A stretch of 64,000 bases of DNA from Opitutales bacterium (GCA_965226885.1 CBDDEL010000017.1:831739-895738); one strand, 5' to 3'. Positions 1 through 10,684 are shown, counted from the first letter of the stretch. Numbers and translations are program-made. Notes: generated by a model not told the origin, from the letters alone.

Positions 1-286
1 CGGGACGGTGGAGGAAGTTCCTCAAAACTACATCGATGCCAGCCCGGTGAATTTTATCGGCAAATCTTCCCCGCCCGTCCTTTTGATCACCGGTGAAGAG
101 GATATACTTTTTAAGCAATCCCAAATACTGCAGGACAAAAGCCTGCAAATGGGAGCCGATTTGCGGCTGCTGAAAGTGAAAAATGCCGGGGAGGCGGTCT
201 ATGTTGTTGAGGATTATCCTGAAAGATCGCCGGATTTGTGCGAATTGACTAAAATCGCAAACTTATTCATACTAGACCATTTTTAA
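1..286 (+). CDS. Alpha/beta hydrolase (esterase/lipase-like), C-terminal part
   Basis: DASPVNF..PPVLLITGEED motif typical of a/b hydrolase C-termini; 5' end lies outside the window. Confidence 0.65.
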   Translation, partial: GTVEEVPQNYIDASPVNFIGKSSPPVLLITGEEDILFKQSQILQDKSLQMGADLRLLKVKNAGEAVYVVEDYPERSPDLCELTKIANLFILDHF

Positions 287-291
287 CTAGG

Positions 292-1242
292 ATGATAAAT
301 CGACTGATGCCTAACTACCTAACTTTCAGAGCGTTTACCGCCTGTCTGCTGCTGACCAATCTATACGTCTTGGCCATTGAAACCGACCAAATTGATGATT
401 TTAACACGGGCGGCGCCAACGGCTGGGACAGCAGGAATATTCACACGGTTCGCACTGAAGGGGGCCCCGATGGTCCGACGGACGGTTATCTGGAAATCCG
501 GCTCGATGTCATTCCATTTCATATAGGGACTAGAAACACCTCCCGTTGGGCCGGCAATTACCTGGCCAATAACGTAACTGCCATTGAAATGGATTTAAAT
601 CGATTCGATCTCCGCAACAATAATTCCCGCATCAGGCTGCTGATATTTGGTCCGGGCGGAACATTTGCGACAAAAGCACAAACCCCGCCGTTGGCCGTAA
701 ATCTTTGGGAACACTATGTTTTCCCTCTTTTCGCCAATGATCTTTTGTTCGTAGATGGAGCAGTCAACGACCTGCAGCTAACATTATCCAACGTCACCAC
801 CCTGCTCATCCGCAATGATGCCATTGAGCCTGCGCTCCCCGGCGCCCATCCGCCCCATGTTCTGGCCACGGTTGGCATCGATAACATACGCGCCTTAACC
901 GTGGATATTTTCTTCGGGACCGCTATTGAGGGCTTTCCCGGCTGGAAGGCTTCTCCCTGGTACCTCAACTATTACACCGGCTTTTGGCCCTGAATTTACC
1001 ACGACGAACACGGCTGGCAGTTTGTCCTCGAGAAGAGCGCCAGCAATGCCATATTTCTCTTCGATCTCGGCCTTGGGGAAATTATTTTCCTCAATGAAAA
1101 TACCTACCGCTGGATATATATATTCGGAGAGGCTCCCGGCTGGATTTTTACTTTCAATGACAACCGTCCTGGCCGCCGGTTTTTTCAGCGGGGCGACGAT
1201 GAAAGCCTTTTCAGCGTTCCAGCGGATTTGCCGATGGAATGA
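292..1242 (+). pseudogene. Secreted protein with Trp-rich C-terminal domain, interrupted by in-frame TGA at 991-993
   Basis: Signal-peptide-like N-terminus; frame continues after TGA as IYHDEHGWQF...FSVPADLPME* (stop 1240-1242) and aligns with the C-terminus of 15913..18678. Confidence 0.8.
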
Positions 1243-1332
1243 GATGGCTGAGGCTGAATTCGATTTAAGCGTCGAAAATCAGCGTTCCACCCTAGACATA
1301 GGCCGAGTAAGCTCGTTATTATTTCTGTTATT

Positions 1333-2114
1333 ATGAATACCCTCGATCTTTTTAAACTGGATGGGCGCGTGGCACTCGTCACTGGCGGGAACCGCGGGCT
1401 CGGTTTTGAAATGGCCTCGGCCCTGGCCGATGCGGGGGCCTCGGTGGCCCTTTTGAGCCGTGATGAAGGACGCACCCTGGACGCCGCTGAAAAAATTCAA
1501 CAGCGCACCGGCCAAAAATGCATCGGACTCAAAGGCGATGTGGTTAGCGAGGAGCAGGTGCAAGCCGCAATTGTTAAAAAAAAAAAAGAACGGTCGGGGA
1601 ATTTGGGGAAATCGATATTTTAATCAACAGCGCCGGCATCAATATACGGGGCGCCATCGAAGACCTTTCGGTGGATGATTTTCGGCGAGTGCAGGAGGTC
1701 AATGTGACCGGTTCCTGGCTGGCTTGCCGGGCCGTGGCGCCCATCATGAAAGCCAACAACTACGGCCGGGTAATCAACATCAGCTCCATGATCGGGGTGA
1801 CCTCCATTCCCGAACGCACCCCTTATTCCACCAGCAAGGGCGCGGTTTTGCAATTGACGCGGGCGTTGGCCCTGGAATGGGCCGCCACCGGCATCACCGT
1901 CAACGCCATTTTGCCCGGCCCCTTCGCCACCGAGATGAATCTCCCGCTTATGAATGATCCTGAAAAATATCAGGCATTTATCTCCAAAATTCCTATGGGA
2001 CGCTGGGGGGAACTGCGCGAGATCGGCGGAATCGCCATCTTTTTAGCCAGCAATGCCTCCAGCTACGTCACCGGCGGCGCCTTCTCCATCGACGGCGGCT
2101 GGACCGCGCAGTAA
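1333..2114 (+). pseudogene. SDR oxidoreductase (gluconate 5-dehydrogenase/FabG-like), frameshifted at an A12 tract
   Basis: TGGNRGLG, NISS and YSTSK motifs split over two frames; A run at 1576-1587. Confidence 0.85.
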
Positions 2115-2156
2115 AGTCTCGAATGGTTTCAATCATTCTCTGAACAACGAGTCAAC

Positions 2157-2471
2157 TCACGCATGGCGAGCTTTTGCCGTGGCCTGAAGCGGTTGCAGTT
2201 CTATCTTTATACGCTTTCCCAACGCTTTGGCCGCCCCGTGCAGGGTATGCAGAGTAATGGATGCATTCTCGGGGTCCATCAAACGATTTAACGCTGCCCG
2301 GCTGGTGTGCATCCTCTCGGCCATGGCGGATTTGCTAAGGTTTTGTTCGCGCATCAATTCCTGAATTTGATAGGCTACCGCTCTCTTTACGGCCACCGCT
2401 TCGGCTTCTTCCAGAATCCCTTCTTCTTCCAGAAATTCGTCGAACCCACTTCCTATATGCTTATTCTTCAT
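2157..2471 (-). CDS. XRE-family HTH antitoxin
   Basis: HIGSGFDEFLEEEG...MHTSRAALNRLMDP...TLHTL signature; overlaps the toxin gene. Confidence 0.85.
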   Translation of the reverse strand: MKNKHIGSGFDEFLEEEGILEEAEAVAVKRAVAYQIQELMREQNLSKSAMAERMHTSRAALNRLMDPENASITLHTLHGAAKALGKRIKIELQPLQATAKARHA

Positions 2472-2790
2472 AACCTTGTTCCAACTGTTTCATGCGTTGC
2501 CTTGCTAAAATCAGATCTTTCTTCGGTATTCTTGGCGTCTTCTTTATGAAACCGTGCAATAGAACGATCTGATCCTTCGATGTTGTGAAAATCACACGCG
2601 CGATTCGATTCTTTAATGTCGATCGCACTTCCCAAAGCCCCGTTTCCACTTTGCGAATTAATGGCATCCCCAATGGCCAACCATACTGAACCGTTTTTAT
2701 GTCTTCCCCAATGCACTTTCTATCTAATTTCGGCAAACACCTTAACCATTCTCTGACCGGCTCATTACCGCCTCCGGAACGAAAAAACAC
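2461..2790 (-). CDS. RelE/ParE-superfamily (Gp49/HigB-like) toxin
   Basis: GNEPVREWL...GWPLGMPLIRK...LWEVR...LLHGFIKKT; toxin-first order. Confidence 0.85.
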   Translation of the reverse strand: MFFRSGGGNEPVREWLRCLPKLDRKCIGEDIKTVQYGWPLGMPLIRKVETGLWEVRSTLKNRIARVIFTTSKDQIVLLHGFIKKTPRIPKKDLILARQRMKQLEQGYEE

Positions 2791-2825
2791 GACCCCAAGC
2801 GGCGATCCTGAATTCCTAATGCAAA

Positions 2826-2843
2826 TGTATCATTTTTGATACA
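2826..2843. promoter_or_regulatory. Palindromic operator upstream of the TA operon
   Basis: TGTATCA-TTTT-TGATACA perfect inverted repeat, next to a minus-strand TTGACT -35-like hexamer. Confidence 0.6.
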
Positions 2844-2882
2844 CAAGTCAAGCTTATTCAAATGTATTAATAACCCAAACCT

Positions 2883-3836
2883 CTAAACCGGCCGATTGAC
2901 GGCGTTGGGCGGGTTTTCTCCTTTGAGGATGGCGGCTATGTTTTGGGCGCACATTTTCAGGGCTTCGAGGCGGCTTTCCGTCGCGCTTCCTCCCAGGTGG
3001 GGGAGAAGTATGACGTTCTCCCGCCCGAATAATCCGGGGTTGATGGCTGGCTCGCGCTCAAACACATCCAGGACCGCGCCTCCCAAGTGGCCACTTTCGA
3101 GCGCCACCACGAGAGCCTCCTCGTCCACCACGGGGCCGCGTCCGGTGTTGATGAGAAAAGCGCCCTTTTTCATCTGCCCAAGGCGTTCGGCGTCAATTAA
3201 ATGATGCGTTTTCGTGGTCAATGGCGTGTGCAATGAGATGAAGTCGGCTTCCGACAGGAGCGCTTCGAGGTCTCGGCTCTCGCTGTCATCGGTGGTTTTC
3301 TGCCGGTGGTGAACCACACTCATACCGAATGCCCGGGCCCGTTTGGCAACGGCATGGCCGATTTTGCCGTAGCCTATCAACCCCAGGGTTTTACCCGAAA
3401 GGAGGACTCCATTCCAGCGGCCGTGCTGGGTGCGTTTCCACTGGTCCGCCCGCACGAATCGCTCGGCTTCGCCCAGCCTGCGGGCCAGGCTGATGATGAG
3501 CCCCAAGGCGCAATCGGCGGTGGGATCGACCAGCGGCTCGTGCGCATTGGTCGCCCAAACGCCGCGCGAGGCCATAAAATCCAGGTCGAAGTTGTCCGTG
3601 CCGATGGCCACGTTGGCGGCAATTTTCAGCTTTGGAGCCCGGTCGAGCAATTCAGCGTCGATGCGCAATTCACTTTGGCTGACGACACCCACACAATCGG
3701 TAATTTTCTCCAGCGCCTCCTCTCTGGCCATCTGAAACCCGCCACCGGGGCCGGGCACGATTTCCGCCAATCCCTGCAGCGGGGCGACCCCTTCGTCCTG
3801 GGGCAAAAAAGTCGTCAATACCTTGGGCAAGCTCAC
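2883..3836 (-). CDS. D-isomer-specific 2-hydroxyacid dehydrogenase (glyoxylate/D-glycerate reductase-like)
   Basis: GLIGYGKIG, INTGRG, LDVFEREP, LPHLGG motifs; probable GTG start at 3836 overlapping the upstream stop (GTGA). Confidence 0.9.
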   Translation of the reverse strand: MSLPKVLTTFLPQDEGVAPLQGLAEIVPGPGGGFQMAREEALEKITDCVGVVSQSELRIDAELLDRAPKLKIAANVAIGTDNFDLDFMASRGVWATNAHEPLVDPTADCALGLIISLARRLGEAERFVRADQWKRTQHGRWNGVLLSGKTLGLIGYGKIGHAVAKRARAFGMSVVHHRQKTTDDSESRDLEALLSEADFISLHTPLTTKTHHLIDAERLGQMKKGAFLINTGRGPVVDEEALVVALESGHLGGAVLDVFEREPAINPGLFGRENVILLPHLGGSATESRLEALKMCAQNIAAILKGENPPNAVNRPV

Positions 3837-5431
3837 GATAGCTGTTTTTCCGAAACGTCGCGGCAGGTCCATTGGCCGTCGATGGAGCGCCAGGTTTGGC
3901 CGGTGGGGTTGGCGTTTTGCAGTTCCGGGGGAAGGCGGTCTGGCCGCACATTGTCGTAGCAATGGAGGACCGCGAAACGAATCAATGAGGCGGGGATGCC
4001 GACGGCGGTAAATCCCGGATGCCCCGTGGCCGGATAGGGCCCACCGTGGTTCATGGCCGGTGAAACAAGGACGCCGGTTGGCATTTTGTCGTTCAGGAGG
4101 CGACCCACTTTTCCTCTCAAAACCGGTTCTACTTGTCCGTAAAGGACATCGTCCCGGCCATCGGAATGGCTGTAGATGCAGCCGGTCAAATTTCCTTCCA
4201 GGCAATTGAGAATGTGGATCATTTTTTCGGTGTCAGCGGCTGTCACGATGAGGCTGGCATTGCCGAAGGCTTCTTCCTGAAGCGCTTCGGGATTGGCCAG
4301 AAAACGGTCGCCATCCACCTTGAGCAAGGTGTTTTCAACACTGCATCGAGCCTCTCCCTTTGAGTTTCCCCCCACGACTACCTCGGCCCCCGCGTTTTTC
4401 AAAGCCTCGATGCCCCCGAGCAAAGATTTCTCCACCCCGCTGCCCAGCAGGGTGCCAGCGGGCGCGGTCGAAAACCGGGAACGCAAATCCTCCAATAAGG
4501 CGCTTGTTTGCTCGTTCTCAAGTAAAAGGATAAGACCGGGATTTGTGCAGAACTGGCCCGTTCCCATGAGAACGGAACCCACAAATTCTTCCGCCAGGGC
4601 TTCTGTCCGTTCCTCCAGCGCGCCGGGCAAAATAACCACCGGATTGATACTGCTGAGTTCCAGGTAAATGGGTTTTCCCGCCTTGTCCGCCGCCTCCTTG
4701 AGGGCAAGTCCCGCGCGCCGCGAGCCGGTGTAGCCGGTGGCTCCGATGAGTGGGTGCGCGACCAGGCGGGCACCATCGGCATGGCTGGCGCGGTAGAGCA
4801 ATTGCACCATGGCCGTGGGCAAACCCGTCTCCTTGGCCGCTTCCAGGGCCTCCTCGGCAAAAAGCCGGGTGGTTCCGGGATGGGACGTGTTGGCTTTGGC
4901 GATGACCGGGTTTCCGGCTGCGATGGCGGCGGCGAAATCTCCCCCGGCGGCGCTGTTGAATGCGAAGGGAAAGTTGTTGGGACCGAACACGCAAACCGGC
5001 CCGATGGCCTTGTAAAAGGAACGGATATTGTTACCAGAATCGATCACCGGCTGGCTCCAGGATCGCTCGCGGGCCGCTTTTGCCGCCAGGCGTAATTGGT
5101 TGGTGGTGCGGGGAAGTTCCACCGAGTTGAGGCGAGGCTCGGCGGGGAGGGCGGTCTCCTGGTTGGCCCTTTGCACAAATTCTTCCCGGCGGTTCTCGAT
5201 CCGGACGGCCAATTTATCCAGGAACGCCGCGATAGCATCGGGCGAAACCTGGCGTAGTTGCTGGAAGGCATCCGCGGCGGCCTCAATCGCCTCCTCGATT
5301 TCCGGCCAGGGGCTGACCGGATAATTTTCCGGCTGCGTTACCCCGGTTTGCGGATTGGCCGATTGAAAGTAATCCGCCCCGGCAGATGGCCGCCATTTCC
5401 CCGCGATTAAAACTGGTTGTGAGTTTTCCAT
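3833..5431 (-). CDS. NADP-dependent aldehyde dehydrogenase, alpha-ketoglutaric semialdehyde dehydrogenase type
   Basis: FGPNNFPFAF, GGDFAAA, ELSSINPV, GQFCTNPG, HGGPYPAT motifs. Confidence 0.9.
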   Translation of the reverse strand: MENSQPVLIAGKWRPSAGADYFQSANPQTGVTQPENYPVSPWPEIEEAIEAAADAFQQLRQVSPDAIAAFLDKLAVRIENRREEFVQRANQETALPAEPRLNSVELPRTTNQLRLAAKAARERSWSQPVIDSGNNIRSFYKAIGPVCVFGPNNFPFAFNSAAGGDFAAAIAAGNPVIAKANTSHPGTTRLFAEEALEAAKETGLPTAMVQLLYRASHADGARLVAHPLIGATGYTGSRRAGLALKEAADKAGKPIYLELSSINPVVILPGALEERTEALAEEFVGSVLMGTGQFCTNPGLILLLENEQTSALLEDLRSRFSTAPAGTLLGSGVEKSLLGGIEALKNAGAEVVVGGNSKGEARCSVENTLLKVDGDRFLANPEALQEEAFGNASLIVTAADTEKMIHILNCLEGNLTGCIYSHSDGRDDVLYGQVEPVLRGKVGRLLNDKMPTGVLVSPAMNHGGPYPATGHPGFTAVGIPASLIRFAVLHCYDNVRPDRLPPELQNANPTGQTWRSIDGQWTCRDVSEKQLS

Positions 5432-5490
5432 GGTTTATTAATTTTTAGAACAGCCACTGAAAATGTGGTTAATGATTCTACAATAATTCA

Positions 5491-5518
5491 ACCACGGATT
5501 ACACAGATGAACACGGAT
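5491..5518 (+). repeat. Short intergenic CACGGAT-type tandem repeat (about 9-10 nt period)
   Basis: ACCACGGATT-ACACAGATGA-ACACGGAT; reverse-complement relative at 44484-44512. Confidence 0.55.
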
Positions 5519-5526
5519 AATAATTA

Positions 5527-7089
5527 GTCGATCTTGAAAAAGTGGGTTTTCGGCTCAATTCAAGGTAATTGGAGGCAATTAAATTGAAAGAGTAAACCGT
5601 TGCTTGATGTTTGGCAAAGCCGTTTACGCATATTAAGACCCTTTGAACGCCATTCGGCCCTGTTGGCCCTGTTGGCCCTGTTGGCCAATACCATAGAGCT
5701 CCATAAACAGCGCAAAAAAATGAGCAATGTGAGGATTTTGCTCAGATTCATGCCAGCCGCTGCCAATATTGCATTGAACTTGTCGCCTTCTATTCCTTTG
5801 AGGTAATTGCATCCCATGCGATGCTCTTTCTTTGCGTGACCGATTATCGGTTCAATCGCACTGCGACGTTTCATCCAGTAACGCAACGCTTTGGGGATTT
5901 TCTTGCGATAGCGGTTGGCCACCACAATCTGGCACGGGCCGCCGTAATCGTTTCCACGATAGCCCAAGTCCACGGTGGCCTGAAGCGGGCTTATCCCGCT
6001 TCAGGCGCTCGACTTGATCAAGGGTCTTCCCCAGGGTGTGCCCATCCCAGGGATTCTGATGCAATGCCAGCGAACCGATGACCCAGTTGCCCTTGGCTGT
6101 CGTGGCCAAACTTACCTTACACCCAAACTCGTAAGGTTTATGCGGCTTGCCCTTGGCAATGCATTCTACCAGCGGTTGGTGGATACTGTAGAGTTTATTT
6201 TTGTCGTGGCGCTGTTGGACCAGCAAGCGTTCGGCCAACTCCAGCAACCCCTTCATCTTTTCACTTATGCTGGACCCCTTACGCTGGATATCCCGCACCA
6301 CTCGGCCCAATATCCCCTTCAGTTTTTTGGTTTCTTTACGAGCTCGTTTCATCTGCTTGGCCCGTGCGTATCCACTCTGGCGGTGAAGGTGTTTCTTCGC
6401 TACCCGATTATAACCTTGGCGCAAAGCGATCCCTTCCTTTTTGGCCTCCTTGACTAATCTCTCTCGCATCCGCTCATACAAACGCGCATCGGTCGGAAAG
6501 CGGATGTTCTTGGGCTGCACCGTAGTGTCCACATTGACCCGTTTCAATTGATGGGCCCCAATCATCTTCAACCTCATCCCGCTTTTGATACTCTCACTGA
6601 GCATCCGTTCGGCTCCGGCCTCCTTCACCCGCTTGCGCCAGTAACTCATTGAAGAGGGATCGAAGGGAAGCTCATGCTCAAAATACCTTCCTCCACAAAA
6701 ATACTGCCAATAAGGATTCTCGGTGTAGCCCCTAACGATCTGTTCATCGCTTAAATCATAGGTGTATTTGAGGTAATGCAACCCCACCATCAAGCGGGTT
6801 GCAATAGCGGGCCGACCCATCCGGGGGTCGAACAACGGTTCAAAAGTGTGATCAAACTGTTCCCAGTCAATCACCGCCGACAACTTGACCAGTGGATGTT
6901 TGGCATCCACGATACGATCGAGATCTACTTTAAAGAGATCTCCCTGAGGATATTCATTGGAGGGTCTAATAGGTTTCATAATTTGCAAGGTTTCGGCTAC
7001 ATTCATAGCGTTATCTTGCAAATATGTCAACCATTAATTCAACTTAATTCATTAATATCCAAAGGTTTAAGGTGTTTTTCAAGGCCGTC
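5527..7089 (-). mobile_element. IS5-family insertion sequence, copy 1
   Basis: Imperfect TIRs GTCGATCTTGAAAAA / GACGGCCTTGAAAAA; near-identical copy starts at 63057. Confidence 0.85.
5560..7030 (-). pseudogene. IS5 transposase with a +1 frameshift near 5990
   Basis: NPYWQYFCG, VDTTVQPKNIRFPTD, KGKPHKPYEFG in one frame; VDLGYRG and RRSAIEPIIGH in another. Confidence 0.85.
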
Positions 7090-7091
7090 TA

Positions 7092-7262
7092 AGTCGACAG
7101 GCACATTTTCCTTAATGGTCTGTAAAAATCGAAAGAACGCTTGATGGCGATGACGGAGGGTACGGCGACTGATAACCCTTCCTGAAGCTACCTCCAGAGC
7201 GGCAAACAATGTGAGCTTACCATGTCGGATATATCCGTGCGTAACACCTTCAAGGTAGCCTA
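7092..7262 (-). pseudogene. IS630-family transposase remnant
   Basis: GYLEGVTHGYIRHGKLTLFAALEVASG...RHRHQAFFRFL. Confidence 0.75.
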
Positions 7263-9086
7263 GAGGCTGTCCCAAAAATATAAAGATTTTGTAGTCAACT
7301 GGATGACGTTTATAAAAATAGCCAGAAAGAGCATTTTTTTGCTCGCTCCGGCTAAAAAAGGGTTCTATAATTGCGTTAGCGAAAATCAATATAGCCCTTT
7401 CTATGAAAAATATAGCCATCCAATGCCTCCTGCGTCCAGCTTTAACTGTGGTCGACCGTTGCCTCGATTACGATAACTTTCGCGCCACCATCGAGCGTAT
7501 CGACCGGCTGCTGATCGATTCGGAGGTGGAATCGCAGGGCGTTGATCTGGCCTTGGAAAGAGGCCAGCCAATGAGTGTAAAGGCCCGGCAAAAGCGGGCT
7601 AATTTTGCCCTCAAGGCGTTGCGTATGGAAACGCTGCGTTATCTGCTCGGTGGGATTTCGTTTCGGCATTTGTCGAGGGCTCTGGGCAGCAGCGATCTGT
7701 TGGCTGACTTTTGTCGTGTCCGCCATATCGACGGCATAAGGGGCATCTCCAAGAGCACCCTGGAACGGGCCTCGAAGTTTTTCAGCGAAGAGCAGTTGAG
7801 GGCCTTGCACCGGACCTTGACTGAGGTTGTGGGCGATGCCGATCTGGCCCGGCAGGTGGTGGGATTGGACAAGCCGATAGACACCACCATTTGCCTGATC
7901 GACGGCACCTGTTTGGAGGTCAACATTCATTGGCCGACGGACTGGGTGCTGCTCAAGGATGTAGCGGGCACGCTGCTCAAAGCGATCCGGCTGATCCGTG
8001 AGAAGGCCGGTTTGCGCCATCGCATGCCGATCGAACCGGAGCCCTTGGCTCGGCAGATGAATCGGCTGTGCATACAGATGACCCACAGCCGGCGGCGAAA
8101 GGACAGCGCGCGGCAACGCAAGGGTATCTTGAGGCAGATGAAAAAGCTGCTCAAACGGATCGGGGAGCATGCCCGCAGTCACCGGGAATTATTGCAAGCC
8201 TGCTGGGAGCAAAGCGATTACAGCGAAAAACAGGTCCAACAGATCCTTACCCGGATGGAGCGCATGAGCGAGCTAATCCCGGTGGTCATCAAGCAAGCGC
8301 ACGAGCGAATCATTGGCGGCCGCCAGGTGAAAAACGCAGAGAAAGTTTTGAGTGTTTACGAACCCGATGCGCAGGTGATTGTGCGAGGCAAAGCGGGCCA
8401 AGAGGTTGAGTTTGGCAACACCCTGTTTTTGGGTGAAAGCGTTGAAGGATACCTGCTGGACTGGAAACTCTACGGCAGCCGGACGCCAAGCGAAAATGAA
8501 CAAATGCAAGAGAGTTTGCAAAGACAGAACCGCTTCAACCTAGCCGAACCCATAGCGGCCATGTGCGCGGACCGGGGATTCGCCTCCCAGCGGGCCCGCC
8601 GGCAGTTAGCCCAGGAGGGCATCTACGATGCGCTCTGTCCACGCGATCCGAAGCAGTTGAAAAAACGGATGGAGGAACCACACTTCAGGCAATTGCAAAA
8701 GCGCCGGGCCAGCACCGAAGGGCGGATCGGGGTATTGAAGAATCGCTGGCAGGCCGGGCGATTGCGCAGCAAAGGCTTTGCCAACCGCTCGATCAGCGTA
8801 GCCTGGTCGGTCCTCTCGCACAATCTATGGAAAGTGGCCAAGATGCTGGCCCAGCAAGATGAACTAAAAACCAAAGCGGCGGCCTAAATAAAGAGCGGAA
8901 AAGCAAGGACAATACTTTTTCACAGGCCTACTGTCGGCCCATACAAAGAAAACCAGGCAAACGGACCCCAAAACCAGAATCCTAACGTCATAGGAGAGCA
9001 AAGTCACCCCCTCCCAAAAGAAAATACCTCTAAAATGAACACTCTTCAAAATCCCCTCGCAAAAATCACCCTTTTGGGACAGCCTC
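7263..9086 (+). mobile_element. 1824-bp DDE insertion sequence (ISNCY/IS5-like), copy 1
   Basis: TIR GAGGCTGTCCCAAAA; 7-bp TSD TAGCCTA; four near-identical copies in the window. Confidence 0.92.
7403..8887 (+). CDS. DDE transposase, 494 aa
   Basis: DGTC..NIHWPTD, GKAGQEVEFGN, ADRGF, RASTEGRIG motifs. Confidence 0.9.
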   Translation: MKNIAIQCLLRPALTVVDRCLDYDNFRATIERIDRLLIDSEVESQGVDLALERGQPMSVKARQKRANFALKALRMETLRYLLGGISFRHLSRALGSSDLLADFCRVRHIDGIRGISKSTLERASKFFSEEQLRALHRTLTEVVGDADLARQVVGLDKPIDTTICLIDGTCLEVNIHWPTDWVLLKDVAGTLLKAIRLIREKAGLRHRMPIEPEPLARQMNRLCIQMTHSRRRKDSARQRKGILRQMKKLLKRIGEHARSHRELLQACWEQSDYSEKQVQQILTRMERMSELIPVVIKQAHERIIGGRQVKNAEKVLSVYEPDAQVIVRGKAGQEVEFGNTLFLGESVEGYLLDWKLYGSRTPSENEQMQESLQRQNRFNLAEPIAAMCADRGFASQRARRQLAQEGIYDALCPRDPKQLKKRMEEPHFRQLQKRRASTEGRIGVLKNRWQAGRLRSKGFANRSISVAWSVLSHNLWKVAKMLAQQDELKTKAAA

Positions 9087-9094
9087 TAGCCTAA

Positions 9095-9171
9095 CAGGTT
9101 GTTGTAAAACGCACTATTGAGTCGTCAACAGGCCGTTATGGGCCGAAGGTGGTGTGTTTTTCAACAACCTG
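9095..9171. mobile_element. 77-bp miniature inverted-repeat element
   Basis: TIR CAGGTTGTTG(T/A)AAAAC; CTAA direct repeat on both sides. Confidence 0.7.
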
Positions 9172-9227
9172 CTAATGAGAGGACGACCACTAACAGCGAC
9201 CGTTTTGCCTTCTCGATTATGGACAAT

Positions 9228-9467
9228 TGAAGTGGACGGGGTTGTTTGGACAATTTTGACGTGGGATTAAGGTGGAAATCGTGTTCATATTATTTTTTAA
9301 AAATATATTTTGTCCTTAGCCAAAGACGGGCACGCAGGTGCCCGCAAGCTGTATTGGCGGGGAGGTTGGTTTTGCTCCGATTGCATGGACTTCGGCCGGG
9401 GTCCGGTAGCCCAGGGCTTGGTGGGGGCGCAGGTGGTTGTAGAAGTCCAGGTAGCGGGCTATCCCTT
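9228..9467 (-). mobile_element. Truncated end of an IS3-family element
   Basis: Identical to 53516-53755; cut by the adjacent IS3. Confidence 0.85.
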
Positions 9468-9494
9468 TGATCGGACCCCATCTTTGCTACCACT

Positions 9495-10424
9495 TTAAGT
9501 GAGAGTATTTCCGTAGGTTTGATATCGTAGGTTTTGTAGGGGGTGGCGGAATGAGGCCGTAGGCCGAATGGAGCCAGCCGCTGCTTTGTTGATTGTTCGC
9601 CAGAGTCTGGCAAATGTATCGGGGGATAGAAAGCCTAATCGGCTGTGGGGATGTCCCGCGTTATATCGCTGTCGCCATTGTTCGATCACCACACGCGCTT
9701 CGGTCACGCTCAGGAACAGTTCCTGGTTGAGGCATTCATCGCGCAGACGATTGTGAAAGGACTCTATATGTCCATTTTGCCAAGGGCTTCCTGGGTCAAT
9801 GTATACGATGTCAATCTTCTGGCGCTGCAGTTTCCCTTTGACTTTTGGGGCTATAAACTCCGATCCGTTGTCCGAGCGGATGCACTGGGGTTTGCCGTTG
9901 TCCTTTATGGCTTCGTTCAAGACCTCCACCACGTCGGCACTTTTCAGTGAGCGCGCAACCTTAATGGCCAGGCATTGACGGGTATGCTCGTCGATCAATG
10001 TCATGAGCCTGAGCGGACCACCCCGATCGGTGCGATCCGCCACGAAGTCCCAACTCCATACATGGTTGGGCCGCACAGCCCGTGTCGGGGAAGCCGTAGA
10101 TTGACCCTGCCTACGGCGGCGCTTGCGTGGCGGGCGCACACCTAATCCTTCGACACGACGCATTTTCTGGACAAATTTGCGACTCACTTTCCAACCTTCA
10201 TGGCTCAACAAAGCGCGGATTCGACGATAGCCATAGCGAGGATGTTTCTTCGAAAAGGCAATGATGCGTGCCACCAGTTGATGCCTATACTCAGTAGCTT
10301 CCTTGGGTTCATACTGGTAGGTTGAGCGGTGCAACTCGAAATATTTACAGGCCCGACGCAGCGAGCACAGCCCTCGGGCCCATACATGCTTCACCGCTTC
10401 CTTCTTCTGCCTCGGGCCTACCAT
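9495..10424 (-). CDS. IS3 transposase OrfB (rve integrase domain)
   Basis: YGYRRI, WSWDF, SDNGSEF, PGSPWQNGHIESF. Confidence 0.9.
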   Translation of the reverse strand: MVGPRQKKEAVKHVWARGLCSLRRACKYFELHRSTYQYEPKEATEYRHQLVARIIAFSKKHPRYGYRRIRALLSHEGWKVSRKFVQKMRRVEGLGVRPPRKRRRRQGQSTASPTRAVRPNHVWSWDFVADRTDRGGPLRLMTLIDEHTRQCLAIKVARSLKSADVVEVLNEAIKDNGKPQCIRSDNGSEFIAPKVKGKLQRQKIDIVYIDPGSPWQNGHIESFHNRLRDECLNQELFLSVTEARVVIEQWRQRYNAGHPHSRLGFLSPDTFARLWRTINKAAAGSIRPTASFRHPLQNLRYQTYGNTLT

Positions 10425-10684
10425 TTTTTTGCGTTCACCTCCTTGAGCACCCGATTTTCCAGCATCTGCTCGGCTACTATCTTTTTTAACTGCGTGTTCT
10501 CGCGCTCCAGCTCCTTCAGTCGCTTAGCATCACGCAACTCCATGCGACCATACTTTTTTCGCCAACGATGGTAGCTTTGAGGACTGATATTGTGGGACCG
10601 ACAGACATCCTGGATGCCTTTACCTGCGTCCACTTCGCGCAGTATCGTTATGATTTGTTCAGGTGTGTATCTTTTTTGTTTCAT
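10418..10684 (-). CDS. IS3 transposase OrfA
   Basis: KRYTPEQIITILRE...RLKELERENTQLKK. Confidence 0.9.
   Translation of the reverse strand: MKQKRYTPEQIITILREVDAGKGIQDVCRSHNISPQSYHRWRKKYGRMELRDAKRLKELERENTQLKKIVAEQMLENRVLKEVNAKKW

Noticed and set aside
991..993. TGA at a conserved Trp position as evidence of genetic code 4 or 25
   Set aside because: TGA terminates many intact genes here (e.g. aldolase, istB) and Trp is otherwise TGG, so a nonsense mutation is the simpler explanation.
3837..4205. N-terminal extension of the 440-aa dehydrogenase ORF
   Set aside because: It overlaps the ALDH in another frame; a GTGA-coupled start at 3836 fits better.
7442..8862. Repeated antisense and alternative-frame ORFs within the 1824-bp IS copies
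   Set aside because: Shadow ORFs, conserved only because the IS copies are near-identical.
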